Positions 38,268 through 51,454 are shown, counted from the whole stretch's first letter. The stretch: 63,962 nt of DNA, filler included, from Dicyema japonicum (GCA_011109175.1; 5 parts of 5 records of this genome joined end to end with filler, not necessarily neighbours in it); one strand, 5' to 3'. The notes: generated from the letters alone by a model not told the origin. A program made the numbers and translations.

Positions 38268-40399
38268 TATACTTAAATAGTAAAAGTACTCAGGAAAAGA
38301 CTGAAAATTATTATTATGTTAATCTGAGAGGTCATTCAAGGCAACTGAATGCTTGTAATCGCATAAATGAAGAACAGCATTGCAATAGAAATTCCAATAT
38401 AAGGGAGTGACTAATAATCTTACTTGAATTGAATGAGTTCATCTCACAAAATAGTCGACAAAAATTAATGGAAACTTTTTTCATAGTAAAATAAAGCGAA
38501 TNCCACGTGTAGTGTACTAATCTCGTGTCCTGTGATCAAAAACGTCTATTATGGCCGCATTGCAATGAAGAACTACATTGCAATAGAAATTCCAATATAA
38601 GGGAGTGACTAATAATCTTGCTTGAATTGAATGAGTTCATCTCACAAAATAGGCGACAAAAATTAATGGAAACTTTTTTCATTGTAAAATAAAGCGAATC
38701 AGAACAGTCAACTCTATGATAATATCAACTACCCACAATGATAACAAAGTCAAGTATATTCCGAGGACTCTATCCTCGCTGCTACATTGAGTCACAAGCG
38801 AACTTGCATCGCCAAAATAACAGAGTTGGCAATCATAAGTCCAAAACCGATATACTGTCTTTGAAACACCAATTTCCAAACAAAGTGTTGATATCAACCA
38901 TTTTTGAAATACAGTTTGGTTGGCTCCCAGTGAGGGCATACTCTATGCATTTACATTGAAATAATATTTTTCGTTCACTATATTCTTATCAAGTTCACAG
39001 TTCCTTTAATCTGTCCCCCCTCACTCTGAAATGTAACAATCAAGAAGCTGGTGAATATGTACCATCGAAAATACATTCAATATTATGTAGACTATATGAT
39101 AGATCCCCCACTGACTTCTGGTGGTTATGAAAGTGACCATTTCTGGTGGTTATGAAAGTGACGTTTTGTGGAATCAATATAATAAGAGTACTTTATATCA
39201 CCTGCGATTCCCCGACCAGCTTTTGAAAGCAATAGAATGCTTATCAAATGAAGTATTCTAAATATTTATTTTTAGGAAATTTAAAACAGAATATTCGAAA
39301 TCTGTGCTTACAAAAATTCAATTTACTTGTTTTTATGCGAAAGCGTGAACAATATGACGAACATTCCGAGTCTTGGCCTAAAATGAATAAATAACCGACT
39401 TTTGTCTCATTCAGTGGTAGCATTAATACTGTCAGAATCTCTAATATTATCTACCATTCCTGAAGTCTTGTTGTCCTCTCAAATAACCAATATGAGAACT
39501 TTTTCTTTGGTATCAATTTCATTTTGAATATCAGTCCCAAAAGATTAAGAAGTATATCTGGATTTACAGGGAAATATACAATTTCGGAAAATAAGCAGTA
39601 CAACAAAATGTAGAGAAACCAAAGCTCCTGCAGAATTGATCCCCAGAGACTGTTAACACCAGCATATAAGACTAGATTTCAATCTTCTCCAGTCAAATTC
39701 TATTTTTAAGGTTGCAAGACAGTAATTGATGCCTACCAAATTCCATCGAAATTACTTTAATTTTTTTAATCTGAGCAATGAAAAAATTGTTATGGACAAA
39801 CATAGTGGAATCCCTAACACTTTACAGAACTAGACGGATCAGTAGCTATCCTATTGTATCGACGACTCCTAGAGGGAGTGTCAACGGTAGTGTCAATTCA
39901 ATTCCGTAAAGCCGTAGAGTCTTCTGTGTAAAAAGCAGTTTTGTTTAATTGGAAAAAACTTATATTACTGAAAAATAATTTCCTAGAATACAGACAGAAT
40001 AAGTCTGCAAATGAATTTGTCTACTAAAAGTGAATTGGACATTTTTTTTCCAATGCTAAAGTAATAAAATATTTGTATTCAAATGCGAACATGGGAGCTC
40101 AGATTATATATATTTAGAGATTAGAGAGAACGAAGAAATTAGCTATCGAAAACATCATTGTATCTTAAACTCATGGTGGATGAAACAACAGTCTGTTAAA
40201 CACCACCAAATTCAAAAATCTTTGATGTCACTGTGGGGTCTATTTGACTTTTTATTTGACCCAAATCTCTCAGAAGCTTATAATTGAAATTTTTCACGGC
40301 TACACTTAAAAGAGATTATCAAAACAGAGATCGCTGTTATCTCCAATCCTCTCACAAATAATGATTATTATTTCTCCATCGACAGTTAACACTGTAGAA

Positions 40400-40470
40400 C
40401 AGGGATGGCCAACCTTTTTTGCTCGCGAACTACTTTTTAAATAGCGATTTTAATGACAATTTTTTAACAA
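40400..40470 (+). mobile_element. hAT-type terminal inverted repeat (left end)
   Basis: CAGGGATGGCCAACCT terminus followed by gctcgcga. The partner end is not visible because of the linker gap. Confidence 0.45.
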
Positions 40471-40654
40471 NNNNNNNNNNNNNNNNNNNNNNNNNNNNNN
40501 NNNNNNNNNNNNNNTTAATTAATTAANNNNNNNNNNNNNNNNNNNNNNNNNNNNNNNNNNNNNNNNNNNNAAATAAAAAATGCAATGTTGCTCGCAATCG
40601 ATGTGGTGTTATTTGAAAAAAGAAAGCTTAACTTTTCCTATTCATTTTAGATGG

Positions 40655-40785
40655 ACCAACAAGGAAGAACTATGCTTACGTGGAAATGCTGAACCAAACC
40701 CTGGACTAATTAGATTGTTCAACCAAATGTAAATGGAATAGAGAGTAAGATACTTGAACCTCGGAACTATGTGGAGTGGTAAAAC
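40655..40785 (+). mobile_element. LINE ORF N-terminus remnant: 2A-like motif plus APE endonuclease start
   Basis: EELCLRGNAEPNPG|L (40664-40708), then after a 1-nt shift QPNVNGIESKILEPRNY (cf. QLNINGIKGKVRELR at 24230). Confidence 0.5.
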
Positions 40786-41094
40786 CATTTGAGTAGCACT
40801 TGCCTGTTTTATTGATTTTGATTGGATACCAGAATATAAATGTTGGAATGGTGGGGATTTGTTTTATTATTACTAATTTAAAGTTCTATTGATATTGTGA
40901 GTTGGATATCCCACAATTTCACTAAAGAAATTTTACAAGTACTTCCAAATATGATCCCCTATTTGTTGGATTAATGACGTATCCGCGCAGGTTCATTAGA
41001 CAGCCACATTGAACATAACATAATTGGATCTGCTATTTAGAATCAGGAAATTATGAGTTTGCTATAATTATAAAATTAATAGAAATAATCCACG

Positions 41095-41160
41095 GCTCAT
41101 TTTTGCCATATTCAGGGACTATAAATATTATGGCTCTCATGAAAGTGCTAATAATAATAT
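41095..41160 (+). mobile_element. Isolated 3' tail of SINE A / I-group LINE type
   Basis: gggactataaatattatggctctcatgaaagtgctaataataat aligns with the SINE tail at 38220-38267 and the LINE tail at 47625-47680. Confidence 0.5.
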
Positions 41161-44100
41161 CAATTTTAGGTTAAAATTTTGGGTTTATAACGTCAAAAAA
41201 ATGTCCTAGTGTCAAAAAAAATGTCCAAAAAATCACTATTTGAAGTTTTGTGGGATAAAATCTTAGTAAGTATTTAAGATTTGATAGATTAACCAATATT
41301 TTTTTGCATATCAATAATTACTGTGATCCTGTCGAATATTACATAGAAAATCGTAGGTTATTTTGTAGAGGGAACGTGCACAATCTAAATGAAGATTCGG
41401 GGTTTTTCCCCCAACTCAATTCAGAAGCGAATAGTGCCTACCTTAGTCAGTCGATGTCAAACAGTCGTGCACATTTTAAAGTCATCTAAACGTTGGTGGT
41501 GTTGTTGACGCAGAACGGTTACTATTCAAGCTGATTAAAAAAATAGAGTGTCTTTTATGTTTATTGGTTTGTCGCATCGAAACTAGATTCCATTTTTTGG
41601 ATATTTGTCACGGCCCGTGTTTAACAACAAGAATCTTAGAAGGGAATTCTTTATATTCCAAGTACTCCTGACAACTCAACAGCAAATTGAACGAATAGAT
41701 GATCCTCCAAAACAGTCCTCAACTCTTATTAAAGACTGAATATATCTATGACACCAAGGGAGCTGTGGCCGTTTGGAAATAACTACATCTTAATATTCCA
41801 GAGGGTGATAGTAATTAGAAAGCGTATTCAAAGGATTCTTCCCCATGAACCCCATCTTAGCTGTAATGTGCTAACATAGCTTGAACACTTGGAAAAGATG
41901 CGAAGACTGCTGAGGGAGGTCGGGATAACCTGAATCTTTCTTTTTGGATGTGACTGTGGTATTCTGTTTCATAACTGTGGAAATTTTAACATTTCTCACA
42001 TTGACTCCTACTACTAACTATTTCACGTTTCTACCCGTGTCATACAGACTCTTGGAAAGATTAAAATACTGGGGTGTGGACCTTATCGGATTACTTTATC
42101 AGATTCGTTAATCCTAAGGACCATCAGAATGGGATTAGACTGCCTACGGTGATTACCTCATCCATTTCTGGAAAAAAGCAACCTGGACTTTCTTCGTGTC
42201 TGTCTTGTAAAATTTTTACTTATCGTGCATCCAGATAATGTCGTCCATCTGACAATAATTGTACTAAAAGGACCATTAATTGATTAATTATCGAATTGTG
42301 TTATTAAAAGCCAATGACGAGTTTATATAGTTTTTATAAACTACTTCACGCATGGTTAAGGAGGAATATACATCTTTGTTGTGTAAACGATGACATTTTT
42401 ATATGTCAAGATGAATATATTAGGATTTTTCTGGATATCGTCAGCAAATAATTTTTATTAATGGTGGTAGCAATAAAGACCATGTCAATAGGTGAGATCT
42501 TGATTATATTACCATATAGTACTTCTCCACATCTGCCTGAAAGGAAATTTAATTCTCAGATGGATTCTCGATTCCTATCAGGAAAATCTATCTACCCACT
42601 GATTAAAAATGAAAATAAAATTTTTACAAAAGAAAAATTTATAGTCTTCTATCAGAAAAGTCAACCAAAAAGAATCAGGAAACCCATTAAGGGAAAGGTT
42701 TACCTATCCAAAAGGAATCTTGTTGCGTTCTGAAAAATAACAACTCGAACAAGTTCTGGAAAAAATTGAGGAGACGCTTCNNNNNNNNNNNNNNNNNNNN
42801 NNNNNNNNNNNNNNNNNNNNNNNNNNNNNNNNNNNNNNNNNNNNNNNNNNNNNNNNNNNNNNNNNNNNNNNNNNNNNNNNNNNNNNNNNNNNNNNNNNNN
42901 NNNNNNNNNNNNNNNNNNNNNNNNNNNNNNNNNNNNNNNNNNNNNNNNNNNNNNNNNNNNNNNNNNNNNNNNNNNNNNNNNNNNNNNNNNNNNNNNNNNN
43001 NNNNNNNNNNNNNNNNNNNNNNNNNNNNNNNNNNNNNNNNNNNNNNNNNNNNNNNNNNNNNNNNNNNNNNNNNNNNNNNNNNNNNNNNNNNNNNNNNNNN
43101 NNNNNNNNNNNNNNNNNNNNNNNNNNNNNNNNNNNNNNNNNNNNNNNNNNNNNNNNNNNNNNNNNNNNNNNNNNNNNNNNNNNNNNNNNNNNNNNNNNNN
43201 NNNNNNNNNNNNNNNNNNNNNNNNNNNNNNNNNNNNNNNNNNNNNNNNNNNNNNNNNNNNNNNNNNNNNNNNNNNNNNNNNNNNNNNNNNNNNNNNNNNN
43301 NNNNNNNNNNNNNNNNNNNNNNNNNNNNNNNNNNNNNNNNNNNNNNNNNNNNNNNNNNNNNNNNNNNNNNNNNNNNNNNNNNNNNNNNNNNNNNNNNNNN
43401 NNNNNNNNNNNNNNNNNNNNNNNNNNNNNNNNNNNNNNNNNNNNNNACGATACAAGACTGCCACATTGACTCTAAGATTCTTCCCCGCATCAGATATGTT
43501 GTATTTTGGGCTAGAATATCGTCTGACCAAAATTGGAGAACATTGATGAGTCTACCAGAGGAGGAACAGAGTACTATTAGTATTAATTCTCGAATGTTCT
43601 TTAATCCTCAAACTAGTAATTAAATAAAATGGTTAGGTTGTATCAAATGACAACTGTTATAGAGGTGCTTTCTTGAAGCCATACTGCCTCGCTTTTATCC
43701 TTGGTGATCTTTTTAATAATTGACCAGTCTGACAGACTAGCTCAACTGCTTGTAAAGCCAAAAATTCCTGACGATTCCACGTCGAAAGAGGCAGTAATCC
43801 ACGTCGTTCAACTCATCTACCCGGATGGGATTGGATCTGCACTGTTCAAAATACAAAGGTAATAACGACATTTGAACCAGAAAAGAAGGTGACGATCACT
43901 CATTCGTATGAAAAAGTAGAGTCTAACACATTTATATGCCACGTGGTTAGTACTATATAGTTAGATATGATAAATATGAAATAATTAATGATACTTGCTT
44001 TTCGAAATAGAAAAATGTCCGAAAAGTCATATGCTCTTCAAATTTTGTATGNTAATTTTTATTTGTTAAATTGAAAACTAAATTAAATTGATATTTTGAA

Positions 44101-44399
44101 ATTTATTCAATTAATATGACCTATGAGGACCATTCGTCAAAGAATAACATCCATTCGCATACAAATATCTTTTGCCGTTATTTATTATTATTCAACATGT
44201 GCTCTATAAATGTTTATTTTTTATTTGATAATAATAAACTTTTTCAAAAATATTATGGAATTTCAATCCATGGAGAGCACTGTAAATGGTGATCCTGTAC
44301 AGACATCTTCAAGACAAGCGAAATACAAAATCATGAAAAAATCCGGGAAATTTATTTTCATTGATGGTCTATTAGAATAAAATCCACCCATAGGAATAA

Positions 44400-45250
44400 A
44401 CTTTTTTCGGGGTTGCAAAATCTTTTCATTAATAAATTAAACAACCGCATCTATCAGAAAAAGTTTTCTATTCGGAAAAAGGATAAGAAGTCTTCCCCAT
44501 AGGAATAAACTTTTTTCGGGGTTGCAAAATCTTTTCATTAATAAATTAAACAACCGCATCTATCAGAAAAAGTTTTCTATTCGGAAAAAGGATAGGAAGT
44601 CTTCAATAAAAATCAAGTACTCAAGCCAATTCGCATGTGAGAAATCGATGAAAGTATTGCGAGCTACATTAATTTTGTGTTTTCCCAGGATTTTCAATTG
44701 TATTATGATGTAGCAAATCGTAGATAACGTCCCATGTAATATCGAAGCAATTGGGGCGGCAAGAGTCAGATCTGGTGAGGTTGGAGAGTCACCATTTCTT
44801 GAAGGAGTTCTTGTGTGTTTATTCCTGTTGTTAAGGATTACCAAGTCGTCAATGTTGTCTAATATAATAGATCCTCTTTGGTCCAATAGTTGATTTGTGT
44901 ACCAAAGGCTCTTGGCGTTCATATCTCCACAAATTATAACTTTTTCCAATCTTGTGAACTGTTCAAGATTAGGACAATAGCCTTTATAGCATAAAGAAAT
45001 TGGAGGGATATACACATTTGCTATAGTCATTCGGAGTGAGTGTAACTTTATTTTCACTGTGTTGTTCTAATGGATCTTCAGTGTCCATAAAGCTTGATAT
45101 GTAATTTGAAAGGTCCACAACATTAATCTGATTATGGACAATAGTAAGTAAGCCTCCACCTCTTCCAAATTTTCGGTCTTTCCGGAGCACGTAATATCCC
45201 GGAAACGTTGGAATTGAGCGCTGGAGTTGAATCTTAGGTAGTTTATTTTA
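44400..45250 (-). mobile_element. I-group LINE APE endonuclease fragment
   Basis: FPGYYVLRKDRKFGRGGGLL, TIANVYIPP, VIICGDMNAK, TSPDLTLA. Confidence 0.8.
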
Positions 45251-46308
45251 CCTATAAATAAATTTAAGCATTTCTATGAGTTGATCCACATGAACACATT
45301 GAATGGCGTATGCAAGGTTGCAATATTTTCTATTAATAGAATTATTATAATCGTATAATATTTTCTTTTACTATATGAATAAATTTTCAGAATTTTCCGC
45401 TTGTATCTGATATCCATCTCTCTATTGATTGGTAAAACTAAGATATATAATCTGTTTACAGGCCCTAAAAAGATTGATCCAAATGATCTAGCGTCCGAAG
45501 AATCTCTTTCAAGAACATTTTGAGACATGGCGCATGGAGATAATTACTCCAAACAGGATCGCAGTAAAATCTTTAGTAATTTATATTAGTCTACTTTNNN
45601 NNNNNNNNNNNNNNNNNNNNNNNNNNNNNNNNNNNNNNNNNNNNNNNNNNNNNNNNNNNNNNNNNNNNNNNNNNNNNNNNNNNNNNNNNNNNNNNNNNNN
45701 NNNNNNNNNNNNNNNNNNNNNNNNNNNNNNNNNNNNNNNNNNNNNNNNNNNNNNNNNNNNNNNNNNNNNNNNNNNNNNNNNNNNNNNNNNNNNNNNNNNN
45801 NNNNNNNNNNNNNNNNNNNNNNNNNNNNNNNNNNNNNNNNNNNNNNNNNNNNNNNNNNNNNNNNNNNNNNNNNNNNNNNNNNNNNNNNNNNNNNNNNNNN
45901 NNNNNNNNNNNNNNNNNNNNNNNNNNNNNNNNNNNNNNNNNNNNNNNNNNNNNNNNNNNNNNNNNNNNNNNNNNNNNNNNNNNNNNNNNNNNNNNNNNNN
46001 NNNNNNNNNNNNNNNNNNNNNNNNNNNNNNNNNNNNNNNNNNNNNNNNNNNNNNNNNNNNNNNNNNNNNNNNNNNNNNNNNNNNNNNNNNNNNNNNNNNN
46101 NNNNNNNNNNNNNNNNNNNNNNNNNNNNNNNNNNNNNNNNNNNNNNNNNNNNNNNNNNNNNNNNNNNNNNNNNNNNNNNNNNNNNNNNNNNNNNNNNNNN
46201 NNNNNNNNNNNNNNNNNNNNNNNNNNNNNNNNNNNNNNNNNNNNNNNNNNNNNNNNNNNNNNNNNNNNNNNNNNNNNNNNNNNNNNNNNNNNNNNNNNAT
46301 GTGGCATC

Positions 46309-46900
46309 CTGATAGACTGCTATGGCCTGCACCCTCTCGCCTGCAGGAGGAGCCCTGGCAGATCCTCAAGGCACAAGGCTCTGAATGAAATTGTCAGGCG
46401 AGCTATGGATGCTGCTGGATACTCGGCCATTCTTGAACCGGTCGGGTTATGCAGAAGTGACGGGAAACGACCGGACGGGATGACCATATTTCCATTTGAG
46501 GCCGGGAAACCACTGGTTTGGGATGTGACATGTACAGACACGTTCGCCCAGAAAAATCTTCACGAGAGTGCTACAAGGGCCTGTTCAGCATCCGTAAAGG
46601 CGGAGAAGGCCAAACTCGTTAAATACGTCGACCTTCCCGATGATGTCAAATTTATTCCCCTTGCTATGGAGACTTCCGGATCCTACTCCCCCTCTACACT
46701 CGAGTTTTTCGGACGTCTTGGAAACCGGATCACCTCATGCACTGGAGATCTCCGTGAAAGCAGCTGGCTATTTGAGCGAATTTCGCTCGCAATTTTGAGA
46801 GGGAACAGCCACGCAGTGAGGGCGGCAACTACCTTCCTTCACTTTTCAAATAAAAATAAGGACAATTGACTAAAATTATTTAAATAATATAACTGTTAAC
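46309..46900 (+). mobile_element. CRE-clade non-LTR retrotransposon 3' end (CCHC knuckle + restriction-like endonuclease), open frame
   Basis: CGILIDCYGLHPLAC...RHKALNE...EPVGLCRSDGKRPDGMT...WDVTC...FIPLAMET...RISLAILRGN. The 5' part is lost in a gap. Confidence 0.9.
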
Positions 46901-47119
46901 ATGTATAAATATGTTTAAATAATGAATAATTAAGTAAAAATTTTTAAACTCCATTTTTTGAAAGTATATTTTGATGATTGTTAAATCATCACATTGAACA
47001 GATGGTGGTGGTCAGTGGCCTCGCATTTAGTACACTGCTACTTACTTGATCGAAAGATTTCCTCCCTGCTCTTGACTTCAATTTCTAGACGTGTGATTGA
47101 ATACACATATGTACGGAAA

Positions 47120-47230
47120 TGGCCAAGGTCTGGCATCCATTCAAAAAGGATCTATCCCTCTACTCCAGTGGAGAAGCTCCCTAATGGCGGATACGTGGAA
47201 GAGACATGATGTTTGGAGAAGGACTGAGGG
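47120..47230 (+). repeat. Repeat family B, partial copy
   Basis: gccaaggtctggca...aaaaaggatc...ctactccagtggag aligns with 53160-53215. Confidence 0.45.
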
Positions 47231-47419
47231 AAATAGATAAAATTTATTTTGGATAATAAATCTAAATTTTGCAGTCATGAAACGATTTTAAGATAACGAG
47301 TGACATAATTTTGTGCTAAATGTTTTCAATTGTAAAATGAGATGGAACCTCTTTTCCACTCCTTATACAGTGGGTAAACGTGTTACCGACAAGTTGAGGT
47401 TGAGTTGAAAAATACTAGT

Positions 47420-47614
47420 TAAGCGTATCCATTTTCTACTACTACAGAACAGAGTCCATCCGGAACCAGCATAAAAAGTAAAAGACGTCGATTGCTTTCA
47501 ATTGTGGAAACCCCTTCAATGGTACTGGGCGCCATAGATCACATGCCACTATAGTAGGATAGGAAAACGGAGTAACAAACAAAACAAAAAGAAAACTTTA
47601 ACCAATTAGCCACG
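47420..47614 (-). repeat. Repeat family B copy, internally deleted
   Basis: agagtccatccggaa...cataaaaagtaaaag...atcacatg...aaccaattagccacg matches 18550-18745. Confidence 0.7.
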
Positions 47615-47624
47615 TTTTTATTTG

Positions 47625-50600
47625 TTATTATTATTTAAGCACTTCACGAAAGCCATACTAATTATTCCCCCTCATGTGTAGCAAAAGAAACAAGGTTAGA
47701 TGTCATCTTTTTCCATGCTCCCCTATTCCTAGCCAAGGCTTTTATTTGTTTTGTAAACTTTTTAATTTTTTATTAGTTAGTTAAGTAACCCCAGCCTTAC
47801 TAATTTGTAGGAGGCCAGCAGCTATTAAGTAGTATGCAGCAGATGTTGGTCGCTCCCATAGATCGGTCAGTTCCGGCATTGTGGAGAAATGTTACGCCAA
47901 TTCATGACATTGAACTAGGTGATTTGTTGTCAGCACGTGGAAGTTGCAAAAGGGACAGAGTACTTCATAAGCTGGTAGATATGGGTGGTGCCCACATCGT
48001 AGACGAGCCAGGTTTACTCGCACGTTCCTTGAAAAAGTAAATTCTGATTGGTCTATTGGAGGAGGGGGTCGCTGTAATATGTTATTGTCTCAGAGTCTTC
48101 GTATGCTTTTATTAGAAACAAAATCGTGTATCTGTTTAAGGCGAATCCTCTCATTGGGGATGGAAGGAATGGATGATAACATTCAAGACAGGTCACTGGT
48201 TGTCATAATAATTTTCCTTTTGTTTTGCGGCTTGCATAGGGAGTGGCAGGGATGTTCTAGACTGTAGACTTGAGAGAGGAACTGCAGGGCTCTCATTTAC
48301 AGATGGTCTCCAATTGTAAGGATCTTTGACTCCCAATGAAGATGATCGACAGGAGTTAATCTAAGACATCCAGTACTTATCCTGAGCGCGATGTTTTGTA
48401 CTTTTTGTAGTTTTTCAATAGAAGTAAGAAAGGCAAAGGTTGACCAGCAAGGGCTTGCATAGTTAATAGTTGTTCGAATGAATTGTTTATATATGGTAGG
48501 AATGACCTGACACAGATTCAAGTGTGTTGATCTTGTGAGAGGCCTTTGTACATAGTTCCTCCACTTGTTAGAGAAAGTTAGTAGTTGGTCATAAATAACT
48601 CCAAGTATTTTAAGATGTTTCGTAACGGTGAGTGTTTGTTTATAAATTGTTAAAATTGAGTGAAAATTTAGTTGACGGCGGTTGATAGTGAATACAGTGA
48701 CGGTGGATTTCGATGGAGAGGGGGATAGGTGGTTTGCTCCAAGCCACTCTTCAAGAGTGTTCAAGTGGATCTGAACATTTTTGTTGCTTCGTTAACGTCT
48801 TTGTCTGTAGAGGCCACAATTATGTCATCCACATACAATAGTAGAAGTGTCTTGAAATTGATTGGAATATCGCTTAAATGTAAGTTAAATAAGGTGTGTG
48901 ATAAAACGGAGCCTTGGAGAACTCCACTTTGAAAAAGTCTTTATTGAGATAGAGATGACGTAATTTCACCTCGACCAATTTTCCCAGAAAGGAACTTTGT
49001 TAACCAATTCTGTAGACATGGAAGAATTCCAGATACAAGAATTTTTCGATGCAAGGATATTCCGTTTGGGAGAATTATAATTGTTGAAACCATCAGTGAT
49101 ATATTGAGTTAGGGTAAAGAGATGTGTTAATGTTGTGTATTGATGACGAAAGCCATGTTGGAAATCAAGGAAGATACTTCGATATTAGTTTCAGTACAAC
49201 ACAATCAAAAATTTTCGATACTATTGATAGTTGTGAAATTGGTCTGATAGATCCCGGATCCGAAGGATCTTTCTTGGGTTTCAGGATTGGGATTATTTTG
49301 GATTTTTTCCATAGTGCAAAAATTCTGCAGGTGTTGATGGACACAGAAATTATGTCTGTTATTGCTTTGAGTCCTTGCGTTCCCAGGTGCTCTAAATGCA
49401 GATTCTTTCGAGCCCTTTGGCAGGAGAGTTTTTGATGAGTTTTTCGATATCTGACGTACTGATTTCAATACGTTTTTTTAGGAGTTTGAACGTTTTNAAA
49501 TCAAGGAAGATACTTCGATATTAGTTTCAGTACAACACATTCAAAAATTTTCGATACTACAGATAGTAGTGAAATTGGTCTGATAGATCCCGGATCCGAA
49601 AGATCTTTCTTGGGTTTCAGGATTGGGATTATTTTGGATTTTTTCCATAGTGCAAGAATTCTGCAGGTGTTGATGAACACAGAAATTATGTCTGTTATTG
49701 AATTCATTAAGACTACATGATGGAATTCATTAAGGCTCAGTTCTCTTTTTAACCTATATTTGTCAAGTTGCAGACTAACGAGAATACATTACTACGTCGA
49801 TGGTTGCGTCACGTCATCATATCACCATCGTTTCTACATCCCTTCAAGAACACATTAATACCATAATCTATTAAATTCTTCCGTTTACAACTGACCGTCG
49901 TCAGTTTAACCTGGAACCAATACTTTTGATAAAACTCCTTTTTTATTACACGACTGGGCGTCTAAGAATGCGATCTGAAAACTTGAGTTTAAGTTCTTGG
50001 TCGCGATCCACCTCGCATCGATATCTTTCTAATCTTCTTTTCCTTTTGATATTCGGATAAACCTGACATACTTCCGCATTTGTCATCACGTGAGTTTCAA
50101 CGCCAACCCGTCAAGAGCTGGAAGGCAAAGTCGCTACTTTCCTTTTATGTAAACATGATATCCACTGACTGATCACCTTTTCTCGTGTCCTGTCCCGCCT
50201 TTTGGTACTTCTCCCATGGGATCAACTTTTGGGATCTCTGGAAACGTCCGTAATTGGTAGTCACGCTTTTTAACCAACTGGTTTCCTTCATTTGAATGCA
50301 GTTGGAAGTGAATAAATAAAAATATAAAATTAAACTTTGCCTGTTGTTGTGTTACAAAAGTTGTAATTTAGAATTTACTTTGTTCTCAGCTTAGCCAAAC
50401 CTTGGTCCTCCCCCGACACTGAACTCATGTCTCAGGGAACGGATTGACTTAAAACTCTTGGAGTGAGATACGAGGGATGGCCTTCGACTTTTCCTGCTAC
50501 TGTTGCCGCCCCGTTCTCAGCTTAGCCAAACCTTGGTCCTCGCCCAACACTGAACTCATGTCTCAGGGAACGGATTGACTTAAAACTCTTGGAGTGTGAT

Positions 50601-50990
50601 ACATGGGATGCCCTTCGACTTTTCCTTCTACTGTTGCCGCCCCCTCCTTGGAGATTTTCCATCTTTGAGGGTGAAACGCCTGGGCGCATCAGAAGACTTA
50701 TTGCATTTTGTGCCACACCACAAACTGATTTTCGTGTAATGGAAAATAAATTCATTTGTTTCATTTATACTTTTAGCCGCAGCAGCGGTAGAATCCGTCC
50801 CTGTCACATAAAAGATTTTACTTCGAGTGCTATGTCCGACGCCGTATAAAACTTGTTATGCGCACACCACAAACTGATTTTCGTGTAATGGAAAATAAAT
50901 TCATTTGTTTCATTTATACTTTTAGCCGCAGCAGCGGTAGAATCCGTCCCTGTCACATAAAAGATTTTACTTCGAGTGCTATGTCCGACG
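47625..50990 (-). mobile_element. I-group LINE: 5' UTR/ORF1-like region, RT, C-terminal CCHC and (TAA)n tail; EN region absent, decayed
   Basis: RT: LWKKSKIIPILKPKKDLSDPGSIRPISLLS, GVLQGSVLSP, LYVDDI, LKILGVIYD. C-terminus: RVNLARLRCGHHPYL..CPFC..TTNHLVQC..LWERP. Tail aaataataataac at ~47625-47638. The 5' assignment (49750-50990) is weaker. Confidence 0.8.
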
Positions 50991-51454
50991 CCGTATAAAA
51001 CTTGTTATGCGCAATCCATCATTTTGTGTTGATTTATGTCAAAATATTTTATTTGGCGTGAACCTAAAAGTTCTCAACAAGCAAGCCCTGCTGGAATTTC
51101 GTCTCATGGCATACAAACAGAAAGTGCTCTTGTTTGGAGCCTCTCCTCTTCGCTTTGGAGATCGAAAAAATCGTACGCAATATGACTTGAGATGCTCCAT
51201 AGATATAGGATTTTGTTCATCTCCCGAAGACTGATGCTAGTAAATACCCATGTTACGTGTTCCTTCTAAGTATCCAAATGCCGACACTCACACCCCTTCT
51301 GCTTATAGAAATTCAGAACTGAAGGAGCCAAAATTAATTTTATTCTTTTAATTTCAACTGAAGGAGCCAAAGTTTATTTTATTCTTTTAATTTTTAATTA
51401 GCTAGTAATTACACGCTGCTTCTACAGATATCAACAGCTGTAGCCTAATGACGC

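Noticed and set aside
38650-39760. Candidate mini-intron gene (23-nt GT-AG at about 39253-39275); similar candidates at 42490-42517 and in 45274-45597
   Set aside because: No splice combination tried gave a continuous frame or a recognisable domain.
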